NCBI GenBank assembly: GCA_002315595.1
Contig: DCHG01000067.1
Coordinates: forward strand, 3,422-67,421
Source of the DNA: Clostridiales bacterium UBA1758
GTDB taxonomy: Bacteria; Bacillota; Clostridia; Oscillospirales; UBA1758
DNA length: 64,000 nucleotides
Direction of reading: 5' to 3'
Both the position numbers and the translations under genes were made by a program. Every line of letters starts with the position of its first letter. Positions within the stretch are counted from its first letter, which is position 1. This document shows, piece by piece, positions 16,800 through 26,386 of the stretch. The notes beneath the pieces are model-generated. The model was not told the DNA's origin and did no database searches. It saw nothing but the letters and a program-made list of their open reading frames with translations.

Positions 16800-18833
16800 T
16801 TATTCCTTTGCACCGCTGACGATCGAGTAATAGACATTCGAGGTCAGCCGATAGATGATGACATAGCAGATTGTATAGACAAGCACGCTTGCACCTGCGG
16901 TGAAGACGAGGAACATCGTGTTTGTCAACTGGAACAATGTGAGCATCTGGCGCACCATCGGAAACGCGAAACAAAGGTGCATGACCGAAAAGACAAGGGG
17001 CAGTAAGAAGACCGTGAGCATCTGCGAATTGATACTGTGACGGATGTCCTGCTTGGTCATTCCGACTTTTTGCATGATGCTGAATCGCGCATGGTCCTCA
17101 AAGCCCTCGGAGAGTTGCTTGTAGTAGATGATGAGGACTGCGGCGACGATAAAGACAATGCTCAACATGATGCCGAGGAAGAACAGTCCGCCGAAGGTAC
17201 CGTAGAAATCGGCACGCTCTTCGGCAATACAGCATGAACCGAATGAGAAGGAGCCGAGGTGGATCGACGACGCGGTGTCGTAGAGAGCGTCGCTGAGAGA
17301 ACGAAAGATCTCGACGAGTTCCTCGTCGCTTTCGGTGTTCGGCGTGATGTCGTAATGCAGGCTTGTTTGTAAAAGATGAGTGTCGTATTCGTCGACCAAA
17401 GGAACGATGGGCGCAAGCGTATTTTGCATATCGCTGATTACGAGATAATAGGTTTCATACGGATTTGCGTCATAGTTCGTTGTAATGTCGAAATCATCGA
17501 TCTTGCCCGTAAGTTCCAGTTCAACGCCCGAAATGGAGAGATGATCGACTGACGAATCATTGCCGGTTTTGTAATAATAAGCCTCGTTATTACCAACTGT
17601 AATTGAAGAACCGGTCAGCCTGTTATATTCCTCCACCGGGAGAAAGAAGAAGTTTTTGACATTTTCAAGTTGTAATGCGTCGAGATCGTCAGCGGTAATA
17701 TCAACGGATCCGTCCTCACTTAACGCGCCAGAAACAACGCCGGAGGTGTAATATAGGGACTCCTTTACCGAAACATTGAAATCCGTAATTATTTTGTTGA
17801 AGGCAGATTGGAATGCTTCCGAATGGTCAGCAAAAGCATCGTCCATCAAAAGATCAATGCGTATGCTGATGTCGTAAGGGAAGCGCTCGGCAAGAATTTC
17901 TTCTTCGCCGAAGTAAAGGCACGAGGTCGAGGAGATCATGACAAGCACCATCGTCGCAAGAATACAGATCGACGCAAGACCGGCTCCGTTGCGCTTCATA
18001 CGGAACGCCATCGACGAAACGGAAACGAAATGCCTTTTATTGTAATAGTACTTTTTGTTCTTTTGCAGGATCTTGCAAAGCATGACCGAGCCGGAGATCA
18101 TGATCAGATAGGTTGCGACGATGACCATGATGACGGCGACGAAGAAAAGCACGAGCGCGGAGATCGGATCGTCGATCGTCACGGCAAGATAATATGCCGC
18201 ACCGAGGATCAAAATGCCCACAATTCCGAGAAACCAGTTCGCCTTCGGCGGTTTTTCGCCGAAACTTTCGCTTTTGACGAGATCGGCAGGGTTGGAAAAA
18301 TGGATCTGACGGATGGAGTTCAGCAGAACAAGCGCAAAAATTGCGCCAAACAAAACGACGGTGAGCAATACGGAACTGCCCGAGAAAACGAAAGAATAAT
18401 TGACCTCCGCCTGCATAATCCGGATCAGCGTAAGTTCGGAAAATTTGGATAATGCTACGCCGATGATCAAGCCGGAAACGAGGGATGCGCCGCTTGTGAT
18501 GACGGCGTCCCAAAAGAGAATCCGCCCGATATTCCATTTGCCCATACCGAGGATGTTATACAAGCCGAATTCGCGTTTTCTGCGGCGGGTGAGGAAGGAA
18601 TTGACGTAAAACAGAAAAATAGCGGCGAAAATTGCGATGACGAAACTGCCGAGCATCATGATGACGCGTAGTGTCGAGCCACCGCGCATATAGGAAAGGT
18701 CGAGTTTCGAAAGCGACGAAAGGATATAGAATATCGAGATCATCAGCGTACATGAGATGTAGTACGGCAGATATAGGCGACGGTTATTGCGGATGCCGTT
18801 CCATGCAAGACGGGGAAAGAAGAGTTTCTTCAT
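16800..18833 (-). CDS. BceB-type (FtsX-domain) ABC permease of a peptide-antibiotic sensing and detoxification module
   Basis: 677 aa with 10 predicted TM segments and a large extracellular loop between TM7 and TM8. It overlaps the ATPase gene by 4 nt. Confidence 0.85.
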   Translation of the reverse strand: MKKLFFPRLAWNGIRNNRRLYLPYYISCTLMISIFYILSSLSKLDLSYMRGGSTLRVIMMLGSFVIAIFAAIFLFYVNSFLTRRRKREFGLYNILGMGKWNIGRILFWDAVITSGASLVSGLIIGVALSKFSELTLIRIMQAEVNYSFVFSGSSVLLTVVLFGAIFALVLLNSIRQIHFSNPADLVKSESFGEKPPKANWFLGIVGILILGAAYYLAVTIDDPISALVLFFVAVIMVIVATYLIMISGSVMLCKILQKNKKYYYNKRHFVSVSSMAFRMKRNGAGLASICILATMVLVMISSTSCLYFGEEEILAERFPYDISIRIDLLMDDAFADHSEAFQSAFNKIITDFNVSVKESLYYTSGVVSGALSEDGSVDITADDLDALQLENVKNFFFLPVEEYNRLTGSSITVGNNEAYYYKTGNDSSVDHLSISGVELELTGKIDDFDITTNYDANPYETYYLVISDMQNTLAPIVPLVDEYDTHLLQTSLHYDITPNTESDEELVEIFRSLSDALYDTASSIHLGSFSFGSCCIAEERADFYGTFGGLFFLGIMLSIVFIVAAVLIIYYKQLSEGFEDHARFSIMQKVGMTKQDIRHSINSQMLTVFLLPLVFSVMHLCFAFPMVRQMLTLFQLTNTMFLVFTAGASVLVYTICYVIIYRLTSNVYYSIVSGAKE

Positions 18834-19594
18834 GCCTTCTCACCGCCCTGTGCCAACATCGTCAGTGTGTCGGAAATGCGCTGATAAAACTGTTCGTCGG
18901 TATCCGTGCCACGGTAGAGTTGATGAAAGATTTCGCCGTCTTTGATGAAAAGAACGCGTCCTGCACGAGAGGCGGCTTTGACGGAGTGCGTAACCATCAG
19001 GATGGTCTGACCGGCACGGTTGATTTCGGCAAACAGACGCAAAAGTTCATCGGTGGCGCGGGAGTCGAGCGCACCGGTCGGTTCGTCGGCGAGGACAATA
19101 TGCGGGGATGTGATGAGTGCGCGTGCAACGGCAACGCGTTGCTTCTGACCGCCGGAGATCTCGTAGGGATATTTTTTCAAAAGATCGCCGATACCGAGTT
19201 GCAAGGCGATCGGCAGGAGTTTTTCGCGCATTTCCTTAAAATCCTTTCCGGCGAGAACAAGAGGAAGGAAGATATTGTCTTCGACGGTAAAGGTATCAAG
19301 CAGGTTGAATTCCTGAAATACGAAGCCGAGATTGTCACGACGGAATTCGGCGACCTCGGATTCGCGGATGCGGGAAAAATCCCTGCCTTCGAGCAGTACC
19401 GTGCCCGCAGTGGGACGATCAAGTGCGGCGAGAATATTCAAAAGCGTCGTTTTTCCGCTTCCCGATTCGCCCATGATGGCGACATATTCGCCTTTTTCCA
19501 CGCTGAAATTAACATTTTTCAACGCCTCGACGGAGTTTCCGCCGAAACGCGTTCTGTATATTTTTTTGATGCCGTTGACTTCAAGTAAACTCAT
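18830..19594 (-). CDS. BceA-type ABC ATP-binding protein
   Basis: GESGSGKTT, SGGQKQRVAVARAL and LADEPTGALD. The GGAGG RBS favours ATG 19594 over 19606. Confidence 0.9.
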   Translation of the reverse strand: MSLLEVNGIKKIYRTRFGGNSVEALKNVNFSVEKGEYVAIMGESGSGKTTLLNILAALDRPTAGTVLLEGRDFSRIRESEVAEFRRDNLGFVFQEFNLLDTFTVEDNIFLPLVLAGKDFKEMREKLLPIALQLGIGDLLKKYPYEISGGQKQRVAVARALITSPHIVLADEPTGALDSRATDELLRLFAEINRAGQTILMVTHSVKAASRAGRVLFIKDGEIFHQLYRGTDTDEQFYQRISDTLTMLAQGGEKA

Positions 19595-19699
19595 AATGAC
19601 CTCCATGATTTTGATGATATGATTTTACACGAAAAAGCCGATCCTTTCCATTGGATCGGCTTACAATCAGGGGCTGATTTCAAACAGTTTTGTCACATC

Positions 19700-20683
19700 T
19701 CATTCAAAATCGATTTTTTCGCGTTTCAGGCAAAGCCGCATTGTCGTCCCGACGCCAACCGTACTTTCAACGGTAAGACTGTGACCGAGTTTGCGGGAAA
19801 TCCTGCGGCAGAGATACAGTCCGATGCCGCTGGAACGACTGTCGGCATGACCGTTGAATCCGGTGTAGCCGTTTTCGAAAATACGGGGCAGATCCTCGGG
19901 TGCGATCCCGATCCCGGTGTCACGGATGCAAAGGTCGTCGCCTTCGACATAAATAAAAACCGCACCCGCAGGCGTGTATTTGAGGGCATTGGAAAGAAGT
20001 TGCCCGATGATGAACGATAGCCATTTTTCATCGGAAAGAACGTCGACGTGGATCGGCTCGTAATCCAAACGCAATTTTCGTTGGATAAAATCGCCCGAAA
20101 ATTTGCGGATCGTGGAACGGATGACGGCATCAAGGTCAAAACGGCGGATCAAAAAGTCATTCGTGTCGGAATCAAGGCGCAAAAACGCCAAAACCATTTC
20201 GACATAGCCCTCGATCCTGCCGAGATCGCCGCGGAGCCGCAGTGAAAGCGCGGAATCCTCGTTTTGCAGGTGCAGACGCATGGATGCGATCGGCGTCTTG
20301 ATTTGATGTGCCCAAACGGTGTAATACGCGACCATATCGGAATACGATGCGTCGGATCTTTCCACAATTCTGCGTTGTTCATCGCAAAGTTTGCGGATCA
20401 GTTCGTTGTATTCGGTGCTGATCGAATCCCCTTCGGGGAGGATGCGATCGAGTTCCACGGGCAGATTTTGCAACGCACGCAAAAGATCAATGCGCCGCTT
20501 GTATGCAGGAAAACAACAAATAAGGTAGATCGTGACGATAAAAACACTCAACAAAGCGGGGTAGATGACCGCCTTCAACGGAAGATGATACAGGTAAAAC
20601 GAGACGGAAAACAACGCCACAATAAATGTAAAAACGATAAAAACACGGATTTTATCGCGTAGAAAAGTCAAAAAAAATCTCAT
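19700..20683 (-). CDS. BceS-type intramembrane-sensing histidine kinase
   Basis: Two N-terminal TM segments with almost no extracellular loop. H-box VWAHQIKTP and N and G boxes (NALKYT, DTGIGI). Confidence 0.85.
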   Translation of the reverse strand: MRFFLTFLRDKIRVFIVFTFIVALFSVSFYLYHLPLKAVIYPALLSVFIVTIYLICCFPAYKRRIDLLRALQNLPVELDRILPEGDSISTEYNELIRKLCDEQRRIVERSDASYSDMVAYYTVWAHQIKTPIASMRLHLQNEDSALSLRLRGDLGRIEGYVEMVLAFLRLDSDTNDFLIRRFDLDAVIRSTIRKFSGDFIQRKLRLDYEPIHVDVLSDEKWLSFIIGQLLSNALKYTPAGAVFIYVEGDDLCIRDTGIGIAPEDLPRIFENGYTGFNGHADSRSSGIGLYLCRRISRKLGHSLTVESTVGVGTTMRLCLKREKIDFE

Positions 20684-21354
20684 AATTCGATAATGTATCC
20701 GACGCCGAATTTTGTTGAGATAAAATCCGCAAGACCGGCGGTTTCGAGTTTTTTGCGAAGCCGCCCGACATTGACGGAAAGCGTGTTTTCATCGACAAAA
20801 CTGTCGGTTTCCCACAATGCTTCCATCATTTTTTCGCGGCTGACGACCTTACCCTTGTTTTGCATCAGCGTCAACAGAATTCGGTATTCGTTTTTGGACA
20901 GTTCAATGCGTTCGTCACCGTATACGATGGTGTTGTCGCCCGTGTTCAACATCATCCCGCGGTGTTCGTAGATCGGGGCGGAGTGGCTGAAATCATACGC
21001 GCGGCGCAGGACGGCTTGAATTTTCGCCATCAATACGCTTTGGTCAAACGGCTTTGCGATAAAATCGTCCGCACCGAGATTCATTGCCATAATGATGCTC
21101 ATATTGTCCGCGGCTGAGGAAATAAAAATGACCGGCACGGAACTGACCTTACGGATCTCCTGACACCAGTGAAAGCCACTCATGAACGGCAGTGAGATGT
21201 CCATCAGTACGAGGTGGGGCTGAAATTCGGCAAATTCACTCATCACGGAGCGAAAGTCGGTCACGGCATGAGCCTCCAACTGCCATGTGGCGGCGAGACC
21301 GATGATCCCGTCGGCAATGCCGCGGTCATCCTCGACGATCATAATTCGGTACAT
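20680..21354 (-). CDS. OmpR-family response regulator (BceR-type)
   Basis: Receiver domain (MIVEDD..., DISLP) plus a winged-helix C-terminus (VGYI). 4-nt overlap with the kinase gene. Confidence 0.9.
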   Translation of the reverse strand: MYRIMIVEDDRGIADGIIGLAATWQLEAHAVTDFRSVMSEFAEFQPHLVLMDISLPFMSGFHWCQEIRKVSSVPVIFISSAADNMSIIMAMNLGADDFIAKPFDQSVLMAKIQAVLRRAYDFSHSAPIYEHRGMMLNTGDNTIVYGDERIELSKNEYRILLTLMQNKGKVVSREKMMEALWETDSFVDENTLSVNVGRLRKKLETAGLADFISTKFGVGYIIEL

Positions 21355-21446
21355 TTCCCCACCTCTTTTTTCGGAATACGGTTATTTTATCAGTTTTTGG
21401 TACGGTTGTCCATCGGATTGTGTCGAAAATAAGCGAAACTTAAATT

Positions 21447-21647
21447 TTAATCCTTGGATTTATAATACAACATACAGTGGCAAAAACCCTCAAATTCGGG
21501 ATCTTTGATCTGCTCGCGAAACTCTTTGCACATACATCTATATTCTTCCGTGTGTTCGCGGCGGCAGGGGCAGTAGCCGCCCGTGCGTTCAAGCCCCTCT
21601 TTGACGACTTTGACGATTTCTTCGTTTGGATTTAATGTGATTTTCAT
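21447..21647 (-). CDS. Ferredoxin-thioredoxin-reductase catalytic-subunit-like small Cys-rich protein
   Basis: 66 aa with the pattern CPC-x9-CMC-x15-CHC (GGYCPCRREHTEEYRCMCKEF...FCHCMLY), reminiscent of the FTR beta CPC/CxC/CHC cluster ligands. AGGAGG RBS. Confidence 0.65.
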   Translation of the reverse strand: MKITLNPNEEIVKVVKEGLERTGGYCPCRREHTEEYRCMCKEFREQIKDPEFEGFCHCMLYYKSKD

Positions 21648-21731
21648 AGGAATTCCTCCTGCCTGAATGGCGAAATGACTTGATATTTGATGAAAAAGAA
21701 GATAAAATGAAATGGAAATGAAGGTGAAATA

Positions 21732-22403
21732 ATGGATGAAGCGATCTTAAAATATGCCGATGTGATGAAAAAATGCGCACTGTTTGCCGACCTTGACGGC
21801 GAACGATTGATTTCGGCACTGCGCTATTTCAATGCGACGGCGGCGCATTGTGAAAAAGGCGAATTCATCCATCATGCGGGTGAAAAAATGGATCGTTTCG
21901 GGTTGGTGTTAAAGGGCGTCGTGCAGGTCTGTACCGACGACTTGAACGGAAACCGAATGATCATGGCAAATGTCACCGCCGGAAATACTTTTGGCGAAGC
22001 CCTTTGTTTTTTGCGAATTCCCGCGGCACCCGTGTATATTTACGCCACCGAGCCGGTGGTCTTTTTGTGGTTGTCGACTGATCATGTTTCGCAGATGACG
22101 CGGTCCGCCGAGGAGTCGGAATGGAAAAACCGCTTTATCACGATTGTTGCCGAACGAAGCCTGAAAATGAATTCAAGGGTACAGATATTGTCCAAACTTA
22201 CTTTGCGCGAAAAATTAAACGCTTTTTTCACCGATCGGGCGAGAAAGGCGGGTAGCGACACCTTCATTTTACCGCTTTCACGCGATGATATGGCGGACTA
22301 TCTCGGCACCAACCGCAGTGCGCTTTCCCGCGAGTTATCAAAAATGAAAAAAGAGGGCATCATAGATTTTTACAAGGGTAGTTTTCGCATCCTTCGCAAG
22401 TAA
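21732..22403 (+). CDS. Crp/Fnr-family transcriptional regulator
   Basis: N-terminal cNMP-binding-like beta barrel and C-terminal HTH (RDDMADYLGTNRSALSRELSKMKKEG). Confidence 0.85.
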   Translation: MDEAILKYADVMKKCALFADLDGERLISALRYFNATAAHCEKGEFIHHAGEKMDRFGLVLKGVVQVCTDDLNGNRMIMANVTAGNTFGEALCFLRIPAAPVYIYATEPVVFLWLSTDHVSQMTRSAEESEWKNRFITIVAERSLKMNSRVQILSKLTLREKLNAFFTDRARKAGSDTFILPLSRDDMADYLGTNRSALSRELSKMKKEGIIDFYKGSFRILRK

Positions 22404-22482
22404 TTGCGTTGCATTTGCAACGGAAATATCCAATGCGAGGCGGTATACTACTATTGTAAATCAAAGAAGGAAGGAAATCCAT

Positions 22483-23535
22483 ATGAAAAAAATATTTTCT
22501 CTTCTGATCGCCCTCGTTCTCGTGGTTTCCGTTGTAGCGGGATGTGCAAGAAACGAGCAAAAGACTGAGATTACGGATCCTGTTGACATGATTAATCCCG
22601 ATCGAACGGAAGAAAACGATCAATCGGAAGAATATGAACCCGTCGATATTCGACTAGGAGGGCTGAAAGGTCCGACAACGATGGGACTTGTCAAACTTCT
22701 TGACGAGTCCGAAAACGGGAATTCCGCCAATCGTTATGAATTCACTCTCGGCGGTTCCGCGGACGAATTGACGCCGAAACTTCTCAAAGGCGAACTTGAT
22801 ATTCTTGCCGCCCCGGCAAACCTCGCATCCATCCTATACAACAATTCGGACGGAGCCGTGGAAGTGATCGGTATCAATGCACTCGGAGTCGTCTATATCG
22901 CCGAAAAGGGAGAAACGGTTTCGAGCCTTGCCGATCTTGCGGGCAAGACGATCTATGCCACGGGAAAAGGCTCCACGCCCGAATATGCGTTGGGTTATCT
23001 GCTTTCGCAGAACGGAATGGAATTGGGAACCGACGTCACCGTTGAGTGGAAAAGCGAGCCGACCGAGGTCGTTGCATTGATGGCGGAGCAGGAAAACGCG
23101 ATTGCAATGCTTCCGCAACCCTATGTCACCGTCGCATCGACGCAGATCGATGGACTTCGCATTGCGGTCGATTTGACAAAGGAATGGGAAGACCTCGACA
23201 ACGGAAGCGACTTTATTACGGCGGCACTCATCGTCAGGCGGGAATTTGCCGAAAATCACCCCGAAGCCGTCGCAAAATTTCTTGAAGAATACGCGGCTTC
23301 CGCGGATTTTGTCAATGAAAACCCCTCCGAAGCGGCGCAATTGATTGAAAAGTACGATATTGTCAAGGCGGCGATCGCCGAAAAAGCGATTCCGTATTGC
23401 AACATCGTTTGCATTACGGGCGAGGAAATGAAGACTACGCTCAGCGGTTATTTGGAGATCCTTGCCACACAAAATCCGAAAGCAGTGGGAGAAAATCTGC
23501 CGGGTGCGGATTTTTATTGGGTGAATGAAAAATAA
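22483..23535 (+). CDS. NitT/TauT-family (NMT1/THI5-like) ABC substrate-binding lipoprotein
   Basis: Lipobox VVAGC with a periplasmic-binding fold typical of aliphatic sulfonate, nitrate or HMP binders. Confidence 0.75.
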   Translation: MKKIFSLLIALVLVVSVVAGCARNEQKTEITDPVDMINPDRTEENDQSEEYEPVDIRLGGLKGPTTMGLVKLLDESENGNSANRYEFTLGGSADELTPKLLKGELDILAAPANLASILYNNSDGAVEVIGINALGVVYIAEKGETVSSLADLAGKTIYATGKGSTPEYALGYLLSQNGMELGTDVTVEWKSEPTEVVALMAEQENAIAMLPQPYVTVASTQIDGLRIAVDLTKEWEDLDNGSDFITAALIVRREFAENHPEAVAKFLEEYAASADFVNENPSEAAQLIEKYDIVKAAIAEKAIPYCNIVCITGEEMKTTLSGYLEILATQNPKAVGENLPGADFYWVNEK

Positions 23536-24274
23536 GACCGTACAAAAGGGAATAGCGGTTCTGTTGGCGCTTGTCGTATGGCAGGTTGCGGCGATGATCG
23601 TGGGGATGGAGATGCTTCTCGCATCCCCCCTTCGCGTTGCGGAAAGATTGGCTTCGATATGGCTGGAAAAGGGCTTTTGGTCGACGGTGGCATACAGTGC
23701 CGCAAGGATCGTCCTCGGCTTTTTGACCGCATTTGTCCTCGGAATTGCACTTGCGGTCGCCGCCGGACGCTCACATATCGTCGAAACCTTGCTTTGGCCG
23801 TACATCATCACCATCAAATCCGTGCCTGTGGCGTCGTTTATCATCATCAGTCTGATTTGGCTGACATCGGGCGAACTTGCGGTGTTCATTTCGTTTTTAA
23901 TGGTATTTCCGATTATCTATTCGAACACCTTGCAGGGCATCAAAACCACCGATCCGAAACTGATCGAAATGGCGAATTTATACCGCGTTCCGTGGGTGCG
24001 GAAATTCAAATATATCTACCTTGCGAATGTGAAGCCCTATCTTGTCAGTGCGTGTAGTATTGCACTCGGAATGTCGTGGAAATCCGGTATTGCCGCCGAG
24101 GTCATCGGACTTGTGAACGGCTCTATCGGCGAAAAACTGTATGAGTCGAAGATCTACTTTATGACGGCGGATCTTTTGGCGTGGACGGTCATTATTGTTG
24201 CAGTCAGCGTCGCGTTCGAAAAAGGTTTTCTGTATCTGCTGAAAAAGGCGTTCGCCGGATTGGAGAAGCGATGA
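23525..24274 (+). CDS. NitT/TauT-family ABC permease
   Basis: Six TM segments with EAA-like loop IEMANLYRVPWVRKFKYIYL. It overlaps the neighbouring genes. Confidence 0.85.
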   Translation: MKNKTVQKGIAVLLALVVWQVAAMIVGMEMLLASPLRVAERLASIWLEKGFWSTVAYSAARIVLGFLTAFVLGIALAVAAGRSHIVETLLWPYIITIKSVPVASFIIISLIWLTSGELAVFISFLMVFPIIYSNTLQGIKTTDPKLIEMANLYRVPWVRKFKYIYLANVKPYLVSACSIALGMSWKSGIAAEVIGLVNGSIGEKLYESKIYFMTADLLAWTVIIVAVSVAFEKGFLYLLKKAFAGLEKR

Positions 24275-24855
24275 TGGATCTTCTTTTGCACGGTGTTTCA
24301 ATAAACTTCGGCGATCGAAAAGTGCTTGACGGCTTTGATTTGACGGTGCCTGCGGGCAGTACGCTTTGTATTATGGGACCGTCGGGGTGCGGAAAGACGA
24401 CGCTTTTGCAGATCATCTCGGGACGATTGAAGCCCGATACGGGAAAAATGTCGGGGATCCCCGAAAAGATTGCCTATGTGTTTCAGGAGGATCGCCTTTG
24501 CGAAGATTATTCGGCGGTCGCAAATATCCGGCTCATTCTCGGGAAAAATGCGCCGGAAAATGAAATCCGGGCGAATTTAGAGGAATTGGGGCTTTCGGAC
24601 AGTGCGGATATGCCCGTGAAAAACCTGAGTGGCGGAATGAAACGCCGTGTGGCGATCGCCCGTGCGATCTGTTATGACGCCGACCTTGTGTTGCTTGACG
24701 AGCCGTTCAAGGGTTTGGATGAGAATTTGCGTCGGCTGACGATGGACTATATCAAACGACATACGATATTCAAAACCGTTATATGCGTCACCCATGAGCC
24801 TGCCGTGGCGGAGTATATGGGAGGGACGGTTTTGAATATGACGACGAATTATTGA
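24271..24855 (+). CDS. ABC transporter ATP-binding protein
   Basis: ATG 24271 overlaps the permease stop (ATGA). Motifs GPSGCGKTT, LSGGMKRRVAIARA and LLDEPF. Confidence 0.85.
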   Translation: MMDLLLHGVSINFGDRKVLDGFDLTVPAGSTLCIMGPSGCGKTTLLQIISGRLKPDTGKMSGIPEKIAYVFQEDRLCEDYSAVANIRLILGKNAPENEIRANLEELGLSDSADMPVKNLSGGMKRRVAIARAICYDADLVLLDEPFKGLDENLRRLTMDYIKRHTIFKTVICVTHEPAVAEYMGGTVLNMTTNY

Positions 24856-24890
24856 AAAAGGCTGTTCGGTACATTCCGAACAGCCTTTCG
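24856..24890. terminator. Bidirectional rho-independent terminator
   Basis: AAAAAGGCTGTTCGG-tacatt-CCGAACAGCCTTT. Confidence 0.75.
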
Positions 24891-24891
24891 C

Positions 24892-26178
24892 TTATTTGTT
24901 GACAAAACGGTTGTGGTCGAGTTTTTCGGGATCGACAGGGCCGATTTCGCCGGCTTTTTCAAGCGACCACTTGGTCATCATCGGGCCGATGAGTTCATAG
25001 ATAAATACGCCGAACAGCACGATATTGCGGATCATCATACCTTCGTGAGTGCCGAGAGTGGACGCCGTGACGCACATACCGAGTGCCACGCCCGCCTGTG
25101 GCAGAAGCGTGATGCCGAGGTGGTTTTGGACATTTCTGGAACAACGCGTCCATTTACTGCTGAAATATGCGCCGAAATATTTGCCGAGCGAACGGAACAA
25201 AATGTAAACCAGACCGATGATGATGACGGAAATATCGGAAAACACGCTGAGTTCAAGTTCCGCGCCGCTTAGGACAAAGAACAACGCAAAAAGCGGTGCC
25301 GTCCACTTGTCCGCACGGCTCATCAGATCCTCGGAGAAGTGACAGAGATTGCAGAAGATCGTGCCGAGCATCATACAAACGAGAAGCGACGAAAAGCCGA
25401 TCTTGACTTCGCCGAAGGTGAATGTCAACGAGGACAACGCGATCGTGACAAGCACAAAGGCGATCGTCATCGAAAGTCGGTTGGAGTTGGAGAAGAACAG
25501 TTTTTCCATCTTTGTCAGCAACCAGCCCATTACGCTTCCGAGGATCAGAGACGAGATGATTTCGATGATCGGGTTGATGATGACGGTGACGAAACTGATG
25601 CTTCCGCCGATGAGAGCCTGTGCAATGCCGAATGAAATGGCAAACAGGACAAGCCCCACAGCGTCGTCAAGTGCGACGATCGGCAAAAGAAGATCGGTCA
25701 GCGGTCCTTTTGCTTTGTACTGACGGACGACCATAAGCGTTGCGGCAGGGGCGGTTGCGGCGGCAATGGCGCCGAGGGTGATGGCGATCGGCGGGGTGAT
25801 GACATCCTTGCCGAAGATGAAGTAAATGCCGAGAAGTACGGCGTCGACAACGAGTGTTGCGGTCACGGCTTGAAAAATACCGATGACAAGCGCCTGACGG
25901 CCGGTGTGTTTGAGTTGGCTGAGACGGAATTCATTGCCGATGGCAAATGCGATGAAGCCGAGCGCAGCCTTGGAGATGATCGAAACCGATTCAACACTTG
26001 CATACGAATCAAAACCGATCCCGGGGATACCGAGACGACCGATCGCATACGGTCCAATGAGGAGTCCGGCGATCAAAAAAGCCGTAACATCCGGGAAATT
26101 GAGTTTGAACAGTTTAAAAATTCTCGTAACCATCAGCCCGGCAAACAATGCGAGAGCCACGGAAAGTAATATGGACAT
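24892..26178 (-). CDS. Cation:proton antiporter (CPA family, Na+/H+ exchanger fold)
   Basis: 428 aa with about 12 TM segments and typical Na_H_exchanger sequence texture. It has its own TTGAAG-17-TAAAAT promoter. Confidence 0.8.
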   Translation of the reverse strand: MSILLSVALALFAGLMVTRIFKLFKLNFPDVTAFLIAGLLIGPYAIGRLGIPGIGFDSYASVESVSIISKAALGFIAFAIGNEFRLSQLKHTGRQALVIGIFQAVTATLVVDAVLLGIYFIFGKDVITPPIAITLGAIAAATAPAATLMVVRQYKAKGPLTDLLLPIVALDDAVGLVLFAISFGIAQALIGGSISFVTVIINPIIEIISSLILGSVMGWLLTKMEKLFFSNSNRLSMTIAFVLVTIALSSLTFTFGEVKIGFSSLLVCMMLGTIFCNLCHFSEDLMSRADKWTAPLFALFFVLSGAELELSVFSDISVIIIGLVYILFRSLGKYFGAYFSSKWTRCSRNVQNHLGITLLPQAGVALGMCVTASTLGTHEGMMIRNIVLFGVFIYELIGPMMTKWSLEKAGEIGPVDPEKLDHNRFVNK

Positions 26179-26386
26179 TTTAATTCTTCCTTTTTGTGAT
26201 CATTTTGGTCAACAAGTTTATATTTTACATTTGAAGTGCATTTTCTTCAATAGCAAATTACGACAATTATTGACGCGAATTTTCAAAAAACTTGGACTAA
26301 AACGGAACAAAGCACCGACAAATATCGTTTTGCCGGTGCTTTTGATTGTAATTTTTCGAGGTTTGCCGAAAAGCGCAATTTGAAAA

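Noticed and set aside
19607-19699. BceR-binding repeat in the bceA promoter region (TGTGACAAAACTGTTTGA)
   Set aside because: The resemblance to published BceR-type boxes is weak, and the candidate lies upstream of the terminator hairpin rather than next to the -35 position.
22404-22482. Possible TPP or NMT1-motif riboswitch upstream of the NMT1/THI5-like binding-protein gene
   Set aside because: The intergenic region is only 79 nt and lacks the CUGAGA / ACCUGA TPP signatures. It is too short for either aptamer.
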